Assembly (NCBI GenBank): GCA_943704425.1
Contig: CALSCP010001679.1
Coordinates: 83,430 to 147,429, forward strand
Direction: 5' to 3'
DNA from: Ministeria vibrans ATCC 50519
Lineage: Eukaryota > Protista > Filasterea
DNA length: 64,000 bases
The position numbers and the translations under genes are program-made. The notes beneath the pieces are model-generated. The model ran no database searches, was not told the origin of the DNA, and worked only from the letters and a program-made list of their open reading frames with translations. This document shows positions 34,801 through 46,800 of the stretch, piece by piece (position 1 is the stretch's first letter; each line of letters opens with the position of its first letter).

Positions 34801-37800
34801 CCAGTATCATGTTTGACAGCCTTCCGAAACTGTTTGACTGGCGCTTCAAAACGCTCAAGTCATTCGACCCTCTCGGCTTCCTACGCGGCCTCTTCAAGTG
34901 GCAAGACACGGAGCGCAGCAAGTCGAACTTTGATTGGTGGCGTCTGCGCGACCGCCTCTTCACGTTCCTCCGCAACACCCTGGGTCGTTTGCGTCTTTCG
35001 TGGAACTGGCCCACCTGGAAGTGGCTCGAAAGCAGTATGGAGGAGACACGCGAGCGCTCACGCGGGCCCCTCATCTCGTTTGACTGGTTTCGTCGCCTCC
35101 TCGATTGGATGCGTTCCTTGCCCAAATTAGCGCGTGCTGTTCGCGACGACTCGGGCGGTCCCCTCTCCCTCGGCTTCACCTGTCTCGCGGACATTGGCCA
35201 AGACTTCCGCGACATGTTTACGTCTCTCTCAAACTCCGCTCATATTAGCACGACCATGACCTCGAGTGCCGTCGAAGTGGTCTCCTCCGCGTCCAGCGTC
35301 GTGACCAGTGCAGCGCGAGTCGCCACTGTGCTTGCAGACTCGTCGCTTACACGCGTGCTTGGTCAAATCGACCTCATTGTCAACGCTGACGACAACGCCA
35401 TGACCGCGACTCTCATTGGTGAACTTGTCGTCAACATTGATGAGGCGCTCCTTGATCTCGGTGTGCTCAAACCCGATCAGTGCTCGTGCACGCGCCTCAA
35501 ACCTACTTGCAACGTCACAGCTGATCGATGCACCACGACGAATCCCTGTGCCAACGGTGGCACTTGTGTCAACGAGGGCTTTAGCACGGTGCGCTGTCAA
35601 TGTGCGCCCGGTTTCAGTGGCCCGCTGTGCCGCTTTGCCGTCGAATCAGGAGATGCTCAATGCCCCACATCCGCAAACACCGACGTGTGTCTCAACGGCG
35701 GCACTTGTGTTGACCGCTCGACCACGTCGTCTTCGGCATCGTCGCACCTCGACGTTACTCTCATGATTGACAACTCTGCGTCGATGGGCCAAACGGACAT
35801 GACTCGCGCGCTTGCTGCTGCCCAGTTGCTTGTGGACCGCCTTGGCGACAACGACCGCGTCGCCGTCTACACTTTTGCCCGTTGTGGCGGCTGTGCGTCC
35901 TCTGACAGCCCCCTCAATGTGCCCCTGCTCGCGCAAGCATTCCTCCGTCTGGGCGAGACCGACGTGGGCGGCTCAGGCAAAACGGGACGCGAGTATGTGG
36001 CGGAGACGTTTTCGCAGCGCGTCACGTTTGGCCTCACGAGTGGCAGTACATGGACCGTACTGTGGGATACGCTGCACGAGTCCATCAACTACACCCTCAC
36101 GAATCGTCTTGCTTCCAATCGTCCCATTGTGGTGGCGCTGACGGACGGCGACGACAAGTCGAGCGACACCAATTCGTATGCCAACGACGATTCCGATGAG
36201 TTCCCAGACGGCGACCTGGCAGGCGCAGCCGGACTCGACGATGGCAACCCACGCGACGACTTTGGCGACGCGTATGTCGGTGCGGACGGTATTGACGGCG
36301 GCGTCACGCGTGCTCCGCTGCCCGTCTTCACCATTGGTCTCGGTCTGGGCCCCGGTAGCGAACAGTTGCTCCAAGAGGTGGGGCGTACCAGTGATGGCGG
36401 TGACTATTTCACGGCGATCACCAGCGACGAACTTGCCACAATCTATACGTCCGTGTCGGAGACCATCACCAACCAACACGCATGTGTGTGTCCCGCTGGC
36501 TTTGCCGGAACCCGCTGCGACAAGAGGGTTGACCCGTGTCTCTCGTCGCCCTGCCTCTTTGGCGGTCAGTGCCACGATACACGCGACGGTGCCTTTGCGT
36601 GTACCTGTGCCGCTGGGTTCACCGGTCTGCGTTGCGACGTTAACCTTGCCGAATGTACTTTGCTTGAGACCACCACCACAACAACCTCCTCGAGTTTGTG
36701 TTCCGACCCGCTGATCGCTGATGTCGATCCCTGTGCCGCTTCGCCCTGTGCCAACGGCGCAACCTGCACTCGTCTGGGCTCCAACGTGACGTGTACGTGC
36801 GCTGCCGGCTTCCGTGGTTCACGTTGTCGTTACATTGCGCGAGCTGACGACACCTTTTGCACGAGCGCCTCGTCGCACCGGTGTCTCAGTGACGCCACCT
36901 GCATCGAACGCTCCACCACCGTGTCGACTCCTCTGGACGTCGTGCTGACGCTGGACAACTCGGGTTCGATGAAAGACGACCCGGCCGACATGGAACGTCT
37001 TCTCGAGGCTGCCGAGGCGCTCGTGAGCAGACTCGGCGACGACGACCGTGTTGCCATTTTCACCTTTAACGAGTGTGGCTCGTGCGTCGCTGGGAACGCG
37101 CTCAACACACCGCTGCGCGTACAGAGTCTTGTGCGTCTTGGTGATGCAAGTGCCTCGGCGGGTCTGACCGGCCGCGAGCTCACCATCAAAAACATTCGTG
37201 AACAGGTGGACATTGGGATTGATGGGAGCGGAACATGGACGACGTTGTGGGACACGGTGTACGCTGCAATTGACTTTGCGGTCTCGTCGACCGTGGCTGG
37301 TCGACGCAGTGTTGTCATTGCCATGTCGGACGGCGATGACACGTCGAGTGCCATCAATGGGTATGCGAACAACGACCAGGATGAGTTCCCTGACGGTGAC
37401 GCTGCTGGTGTGCTTGGACTCGACGATGGCAATGTGCGCGACGACTATGGAGACGCGTACGGGGGCGCCGACGGCATTGACGGCGGGGTTTGCAACGCGC
37501 CCGTGCCTGTCTTTGCCATTGGTCTCAGCGGGTTGGGCTTTACCGCTGCCACCGAGCGTGCTATGCGCGAAATGGCCTTGACGAGTGCCGGCGGTGCCTA
37601 CTATGCTGCTGCTTCGAGTGTCGAACTCGCTGCGGTGTACACGTCCGTGTCACAGACCATTGTCACCACACACGAGTGTCTGTGTCCGCCTGGCTTCACC
37701 GGAGACGCATGTGAGACGGATCTCGACGAGTGTCTCTCGTCGCCATGTCAACACGGAGGCACCTGCGTCGACGGCCACGACACATTTACCTGCATCTGTC

Positions 37801-40800
37801 CCGCCGAGTACACCGGCTTAATGTGCCATGTGCTCACACGCCAATGCCACACCACCACGTCAAGTGCCAACACCACATCTTTTGCGTCGCTCTCCTCGAA
37901 CAATGCCAAGTGTCCCGCGAGCGCCACGGGCGTCTGTGACTGCACCAGTCGCGTGGCACTGCGCGAGACACCTCTTGGCAGCGTCATGGTTTTTGCCGAA
38001 AAACTTCTGCGTGTCGTGTCGTGGGCGCGCGAGACCGTCTCCATTGTGTCGCTGATTGAGCCGTTTCGCTCGGCGGCCGCAAAACTTATTAGTTGCCTTC
38101 CCGACCTCTCCTTTGTCGACGTCGGCATCAATGCTATGGTGCATCTGCAGTCGCTTGTCAACAACATTGCCGACTTTGGCCTGAACAAGGTTGCCGAGTT
38201 CACTGGCAAGCTCCAAGTCGCGGCCGACAGTCTCCACACGTGGGCACACGATGCGTCGCTGTCGCTGCAGACGGGCGCCAACGGACTCATTGATAACGTG
38301 GCCGAGGCAGTCGAGGGCGTCTTTGACGAGATTCCCGACATGATCACCAATGTGCTGTCGCCCGTGCGTGTTGTTGTCGACACTTTTGTCAAGTTTGTAC
38401 CCAACATCACTGCCATCGAGGGCCACCTTCGCGACTTCCAAGTGCCCGCCGTCGACGATCTCATCCGCGCGCTCCTTGATGCTTTTGATCTTGACAGTCT
38501 CCTGTCGGATCCCAACTCGGTTGTCGGACGCTTCATTGCGCGCGTTGCCGCTCCTTTACTGCCCGCATTTGATACGGCTCGCGACTTTGTCGATGGCTTC
38601 TCGGATCACACCCAATTTCAGTCGCCCGTCGTCAACAACACGCAAATACACTTGCTCCAGTCGCTGTTGAGCAATGCAAGCACGGTACACGACACGAGTT
38701 CACCCATTCACGATGGAGTCGTAGGCAACACCTGTTCGGCACCCGGTGCTGGCTCACGCAACATCCCAGCCTCCGACGACTTCGACTTGCCCACCGATCT
38801 GCCCTTTGACGAGCTCGGCAAGGCCCTTGACATTGACCTGGTCGACCTCATCATGAGCAAGCTGCGTGAGATCAAGGAGCGCGTTGTTGACTGGTTCAGC
38901 GGCCTCGAGTGGGTCCAGGGCATTGACAGCAAGCTTAAACTGCTGGTGGAGCCGCTCGAAAAGGTCCGTTTGACCCTGTTGGCCATTGTTGACCAGATCA
39001 AGAAGCCGCTGCTGTTCCTCGCGGACATTGATGGCTTTTCGCTGGCACTCAAGGAGACGCTGACAGACACCATTTCGGCGGCACTCAAGGGTGTCATTGT
39101 CGATTTGCGTGCACGCTTCACGACCATGCTCGCCGACGTACGTGCCACCATTGACGGCATTCTCACGGGTGTTTTTGAGCGCACCGAGGGCCTTATCAAC
39201 CGCTTTCGTGGACCGTTTAACACGGTGCTCAACACCATCACGCGCGTTCGTTCCCTCTACGGCAGCTTTGAGCTCATTGCCAAGGACACGCCCTCGGGCA
39301 TGTTTGCCTTTGCTCTGTCGCTTGACTCGAAGACCGCGCAAGTGCTCGATCACGTCGAGTACGGCTCCTTCTTTGCTCTCAATGGCATTCACGACGCCGA
39401 TATGTGGATCGATCGACTGCTCATGCTGCGCGACTGTCTCGGCGACATTCGCTCGCGTGCCTTTGCCACATCGACGCTGTGCGTGCCGGGTCTGCCCTGT
39501 GCCTTTGACGAGTTCCGTGCCACCATCAGTGCCGTGGTGCGTCCCCCCGTCGCCGCACTTCAGACCATTGTGGGCACCGTACGCCGTGCCACTGAGCCTC
39601 AAGTCATTTCGCTTGCGGGTGAGCTTAACACGGTGATCGCCTCGGTGAATGTGGACGTGCTTGCGCGCATCAACTTGGCCACAAGCGCCGCACAAGAGTA
39701 CATGCACAAGTTTGCGTCCTTTGACTTCTCGAAAATCCGCAACTTCTTTACGCGCTCCGACTCGCCGTCGCTCACCCAAGTCATCGACTACATTGACAAC
39801 AATCCACAGTTCCAGAGTGTCCTTGGGTTCATCGACAAGGCCAACGGCACCATTGTCAAGGTGCTCGATGTTGTTGACAAGGCTCAAGGGTGGGTCACCA
39901 AGTTTATGCCTCCTGCGCCCGCCGACCGTCGTCGTGCCACAGACCCGCCCGTCACAGCCGTCGCGCGGATTCTGGAGAAGATCCTCGACTCGGGCGACGT
40001 CTTCGAGAAGGGCCTCGACTTCTTCGACAAGGCCAACAGCGCCCTCGACAAATGGCTCGAGGATCCCCGACTGAAAAAGGTCCGTCCCATCATTGAGGGC
40101 GCCCAGGAGATGCTTGGCAAGGCCGAGACGTTTGTCGAAAAGGCCCAGACGGTGGTGCCCGTTGTCACGCGTGCAATCGGGGATCTTGAAGTGATGCCTC
40201 AAAAGCTGCTTACCATGCTGCTCACCCTCGACATGCCCGACCTCACCACCTTTTTCCCGGACGCCACAAGTGTTCAGGATGCGCGCAACTCGTTGCCTTT
40301 GCCCGCCTACTGCGGCACCGTGCTCTCGACCGATCTTGCGCTTTGCCCGCTGCAGCTTCCCTTTGAAATTGAACCGCTCAATGTGTTGCGGCAAACCCTC
40401 ATCACGTTCAATCTCATGAGCGCCTCGTCGAGTCGCTTTCCACACACCCGCTTTGTTGTACCGGGTCTCTTCCAGGACTACCTGCCGGGCGGCACGGCCA
40501 TCTACACGTACGCAAGCTCGCCTATGCGTTTAATTGTGATGCGCCACGCTCGCACCTTCATGCACCAGCCGTCGGCGCTGCTCGCCATGACCGACGCTGG
40601 CGATGTCATGGCCTTCTTTCGTCTGTTCGAACAGGACGGCGACACACCACACTATGGCAACACGGCGGGTCTTGCCGTCGCTCGCGATACGCTCTGGGTA
40701 TCGGACGGCAGTCTTGACGAGACGACGGGACTGCGTCGCCAACAGCTTGTCTCCTTTAGCATGACGGATGTCCAGGCAGGTCTTGCTCTGGGCGCTGCTG

Positions 40801-43800
40801 GTGGTCCCATCAAACTGGTGTCGACAGGTCGCGTCTCCGTCAGCGCCTACCCCGGTGGTCTGTACTTCTACGCCACCGACAATGTCCTTTTGGTGTGCGA
40901 CGACTATGCTCCGGGCATTGAAGAGCGCGCCGTACCCCTGGGCCATTTGAGTGCAGGTCAGTCGCAAGTGTTCCTATACAATGTGAATCCGTCCACTGGC
41001 GCCATTGCTGCTGGTACGCAGCCTCGTCGCACGTTCAAGGCGGGCCTCAACGTACGCGGTGTGGCACTGACGAGTCGTGCAGGCTTAAACTTGCTCGCGA
41101 TTGCCCGTTGTTCGTACGCCGCCGATTTTCAGTGTCGCCTCGAGCTGCACGAAATTGCCTCGTCGGGCGGCATTCTCACGTTCCAGCCCACATCCAACAC
41201 GCTTGTCAAGACAATTTCGACACCGCGCGGTCTCGAAGACATTGACGGAGATGCCTCGCGCGAGCTTATCGCCACCGTCTTCTCGTCAGCATCGCGCGCG
41301 GTGCTCACAACTGTGCTTGAGGTGGGCGGCATTCCCGACGACCATGCCTACTTGATGCGCGTGCCACCTCTCAAGAATGTCCCTTGGTCCGTGACGGCCG
41401 ACTGGCTGCGCGTGTGTCGTCTTACCCTCACCGGTGGTCTCACCACAGTGATCGACCGCCCGCTGCTCAACCTGGGCGCAAGCGACCTCGGTTCGACCCC
41501 ACTCGGTCCTAATTGCCGCGCCAATATCGGCGGCGATCTCTTTCAGACGCTGCTTGAGGCTATTTCGCCCCAGCAGGCCGAAACACAGTACGAAGATGCC
41601 AAGGTGTACATGTCCAATGTGAACGACCACATCAAGGCCTTTGTCGTGCCTCTGCCCACGCAGCTCAGCGGTCTCCTGCCTAAGCTGGCGCGTGCCGCCG
41701 ACTACCTTGCTTCGTGCCGACTTGCCGTTGGCTCGCGCACCACTACGCTGTCCGATGTGGACGCTGCACTCGCCTATGTGACCGCCTACCTTCCGGAGAA
41801 CTTTGAGTCGCTTGTGGTTGCTGGCCAAACTCGCATTGGCGAAGTATACCGCTTTGCACACAATGTGTTGCCAAGCAAGGTGACTGCCGACGTGTCGTGG
41901 GTGAAGGATGATGCAAGCATCGTCGACAAGGCATTCTTTGATGACACGTGTGCCACCACGTCGCTTGCAGATCGCGTCACGCGTACACACTCAGCGCTTG
42001 CCACATTGCGCGCTCATCTCGCCGATGCAACTGCCTGGAACGCGTCGTCGTGCGCCTCTGCTGGTCTCGACACGCTCATAGAGCAACTTCGTCGCGATCT
42101 CATGAGCTACTCGCCCTCCTCTGTGGGTCTCGTTGTGGGCGCACGCGAGGCAGCCTCGCGTGCTGCCGCTCTCAAGACCGTGGTGGATTCGCGCTTTTGC
42201 AATGGCTTTGACACCTCTCTGTTGTCGCTGCAACAAACTATCGCCAGTGCGCGTGCGGCTGTCGAGCGCACCGCCACGGACGCCGCAGCATTATGTACGT
42301 TCGCCGTTGACGCACTCGACAGTGTACTCTTTTTGCGACTCCCGGCCAGCCTGGCGGACGATATTCGCGCCATGCACGGCTATGCGGGCTCGGCACGCAT
42401 CGACGTGCACGCTTGCTTTGCTTCAAGCACACAGTCGACTGTCAGTGCCGCCAATGCCAAGGTGACGTCCATTGAGTCGCTCCTGGCGCGTTTCCGCCAC
42501 ACCTCGTTTGTCAGCTGCCGTGCCGACATTGTGCAGCAACTTGCAGTGGTGCGCACGGTACTTGCCAATGGCGATTTGGCAACGCGCGGCAACGATGTTC
42601 TGGCGCTCTTCCGCACCGTCGACCAGTGCCTTTTTGCCGGTGTGCTGCCCAGTTCACTGGATACGACTGTCGCCGATCTGTGCAGCACGGTGACATCGCT
42701 GCGCAACTCACTGGACACGCTCAAGGCGAGTGCGCTCTCCGACGAGGTGTCCACCGGCATCTCCAAGTCGGCCAAGTTGCTTGCGTACCTGACGTCGGGT
42801 GATCTCGACCAGGACTTGAGTGAGGAGACGCCGCCTGCAACAAGCGAGCGCAACAAGGACTGTCTGGCGGTGCGCTTTACGCTCATCCAGCGTCAGTACC
42901 ACAAGCTGTTTGACATTAGTGTGCAATTTGTGGTCATTGTTGTGCCAGTTGAGGTGACCGTCCGCGGCTTTCTCTTCTTCCAAGTGGAGCTTGAGGCAGC
43001 GCTGTGTGTGTCCGAACGCCGCTTCGACGTGGCCGTGCTCCCTGGCGCCGGCTTCAAGATCACGGTGAGCGCCGGTGTTGGCAGCAAGTACTTCATCCTG
43101 CTGGGCCTGGAAATCTCGGGCATTGTTGTCGACTTGGTGCTGCGCCCCGTGCTCAGTGCTGAGCTGGTCAACGGCGGCATCTCGCCATGCTTTTCGGTGT
43201 ATCTCGACTCGCGTGGGCTCACGATCTCGCTCATTGCGTTTGTTGAGTCTCCGATTTTCCTGTGCAAACTCGACCTGAGCACTGTGTCGTCGGTGCTCAA
43301 GCGAATCAAGCGTGATCGCCGTGATGTTGGTCCTCTCACCATTGGCGGCTATGAGTCTTCAACGCTCGGTCAGTACGATCCGTATCACGACGACGTCGCA
43401 AGCGAGTCGGCACAGCTGCGACTCTCGGCCGCCGACGCACGCTGGTACAGCAGTGTGGGTGCACTTGCATCGCCGCGACGGTATGGAGTGCAGCGCGAGG
43501 ACCAGAACGATCCGCTCGGCGTTGGTCTCTACCAGTACATTCCGATCCACGAGTACTCCAAGGGCTTGGTGCGTACGCGCCAACGCCGCGGCTTTGGCAA
43601 GTGGGCCAAGAAGGCAGTGAAGAAGGTGTCCAAGGTGGTGACCAAGGTGGGCAAGGTCATTGTGAAGGCAGCAACGCAGGTCGCGCAGTTTGTGCTCGAC
43701 CTCATTCCTGGTTGTGTGCCCACCAACGACAACCGACTCATCGAATGGGCTTTTTTCACGTGGAATCAAAAGAGCGCCAAGTCGTGGCAACTGTTGCGAC

Positions 43801-46800
43801 TGTGCTTTGGCGAACCCGATCGAACGGGACCACCCCAGCCGTTGGTGAAGGCATCGTACGCTGGCGATCGGCTCACCGTCAAGTTCTCCGTGCCGGCCGA
43901 CGACGACTCCGAGGTCAACAAGGTCACTGTGAGCGTGACGGGTGGTACGGCGGCGACGCTCTCGCCCACGGTCAGCGAGTATGTGACCATAGTCACGTGC
44001 AAACACGGCGAGACACTGCATGCACTGGTGACCACCGTGAATGCGGCTGGACTGCGCGCAACCGGTCGCGATACCGCCATCTGTGATCGCAAGCCACCCA
44101 TTGTGCACCGATTGCGCATTGCGAGTGCGTCGTCGGATCTCGCAAACTTGCGTGTGCTCTGGGACGATGCTGTCGACGTTGGCGACTGTTGTGTCTCCTT
44201 GATGGAAGTCACAGTGGTTGTTGCGGGGCGGGGCTACTCGGGCGCAGCGACCCTTGTGAACAGCGATTCGCATGCGGCCGTCTTGGGCAACCTGGTGTTT
44301 GTGTCGGGTGATCGGGTGCGTGTGGTGGCGCGCGTGCGTGACAGTGCCAACAACGAGGCCTTTTACTGGTCCAACGTGTGTGTGATTGACACGGAGCGAA
44401 TCATTGTTGCCACCAACGACACCGACTCGTTTGTGGTGCACCTTCACAATGGACGACGCCACGCGCCCACACAAAATGTGGCAGATCGTCTTGTGGTCGA
44501 GTGGAACACGCCCGAAGTGATGGGACCGTCGGGTGCCGGCAGCTACTCGCTGTGCGTTGGTCTGAGCGAGTATGCGTGCGACGTGCAGCCCCTTGTCAAT
44601 GTGGGTCTGCCGCGCGGCAACTTGTACACTTTGACAGGACTGGAGTTGAATGACACCGTGCGCTACTTTGTGAGTGTGCTGCCGGTGAGCGGTGCGGGTC
44701 TCAATGCCTATTCCATGGGCACAAGCGCCGGCATTGTCATTGACTTGGTGGCGCCCACGTTTGACGTGGTCGTGGACGGTGATGCAACAGTCGACGTCGA
44801 CTACTGGTCACTTGTGTCGTCTGTTGCCGCTCGCTGGGAAGTCTTTGATGCGGTCACGCCCGCCGCACTAGTCACTTGCTCGTTATCGACGCGCGACGTG
44901 GTTCCCCTCTTTGGACAGGTGCTCGCCGAGACGAGTGTACCGGCGGGCTCGACGAGCGCCCGTCTGCCTACGACTCTGTTGCCGGCGCATCGGTATCGCA
45001 CGAGGGTGTCGTGCCGCGACGAGGCTGACAACGAGGTGACGGCCGAGACTGACGGTTTCGTGGTCGATGTCACCGCTCCCCTTGAGATTGGCGACGACCT
45101 TGTGTTTCTGGGCGGCGAAGCGGCCACCGACTGGGCCAATGGCGATCCGTCGCGACCCGCTCATTTTGTGGGCACAACCAAAGCAGACGCACTCGCCTTC
45201 TCGTGGATTCCCACCATTGAAAATCTCTCTCCGCCCGTCTCGTATCACCTCTGTGTTGGCTCGGCGCCCGAGTTGTGCGACATTATCTCGGCTGTGTCGC
45301 TGAACAACGCAACGCGTGCCGTCGTACGCAGCGACCTTAACGTCAATGTGACGCTGCTGCACGGTCAAGTGTACTACGCTACGGTGTTCAGCTCGAACCT
45401 TGCCAATCTTACGTCCGTCATGGTGTCGCGCCCCATTGGCGTTGATCTCACACCGCCCTACGTGGCACAAACACCCAAGACGACTCTGGCTGATGTGGGC
45501 TCCGGCAGTCACAATGGATTCACGTCGAATGCGCGCCGCTTTGCAATGCGTGTACACAATGCCATGTTTGATCGTCAGAGTGGCCTTGCCGAGTGTCGTG
45601 CCGCCTTCATTTTGGGCGATGAGTGCTCCAGCGCAAATGTAGTGTCACCGTTGCTTGTTGTAAACATTTCAGTGGCATCTGTGGTTGAGCGTTACGTCTT
45701 GGAGACACTGCCAAGTGGCACACGCGTGCGCGGTCTTCTCCAATGCACCAATGGTGCCCGCCTCACCATGACCGCCTGCACAGCGGGTGTCGTTGTCGAT
45801 CGAACCGCCCCCGAAATTATCAACCTTCGCGAGGTGGGTCTGAGTGCTGTGCACTCCCGCGACAACGTCGACTTTGTTCACAGCATGACGGGTCTTGCGG
45901 CAGTGTTTGGTGTGCGCGAAGCGGAGAGTCTCGTCGCGAATGTGTCGGCGTGCCTTGTCTCGACGCAGCGCGGTCTTCTTCGTTGCGAGACGGTGTCAGC
46001 TGTATCCAACGACGCCGACGAGTACGTGTGGCTTGTGCCAGCGGACCTGAGCAGCACGTTTGTGAGTGGCGAACGTGCCTTTGTGGAAGTGACCGCGGCG
46101 AATGTTGTCGGCTGGAAGGCGCGTGCGTCTTCGGACGGTGTTGTGCTCGACACAAGTGGCCCCGTGCTGCGCGACGCCTTTGTTGGACGGTCTTCTGTGA
46201 GCATTGGGGCGTGGAACGAGCTGACGGGCATCGACGTGCGCGTTGATGCAAGCGATCCCGAAAGTGCCATAGCACTGGTGCATGCCTACGTGGAAGTGAT
46301 GGACGGCCAGACGCAGTCGGTCACAAGCGCCTCGTGGTCCACAGCGGCGGTAGGGGGCACCTTCACGCGAGTGATTGCCTCGCTGACACAGGGCGCTTGG
46401 CACCGTGCACACATCGCCGTCACCAATGGTGCGGGTGTGCGCAGTGCAAACGACATACTCATTTCGAAACGCTTCTTTGTCGATGCCACCGCGCCGGTGG
46501 TGTCGGGACACCCCGAGTCGCTCGTGACGCCCTCTCAATCGCGTGTGTTCTCCGCAACGCGTCTTGGTCTGCCTGAGCTTGCATTGCCAACTGCAACCGA
46601 TCTTGAGAGTAGCGTGCGCGAACGTGAAATGCTCGTGTACACGGCACAGCTGGTGAATGACAGTGCGGACGCGTCGCTTGCGTCCAACTGGTCGCCCCTG
46701 CAGCTTTTGCGGCGCGTCACTGTTACACCATTCTTTGCCACGGTGACCATTAGTTTCAGCAAGACGCCAGTGCCAGCGGGTGCCACGCTGATCGTGCAAA

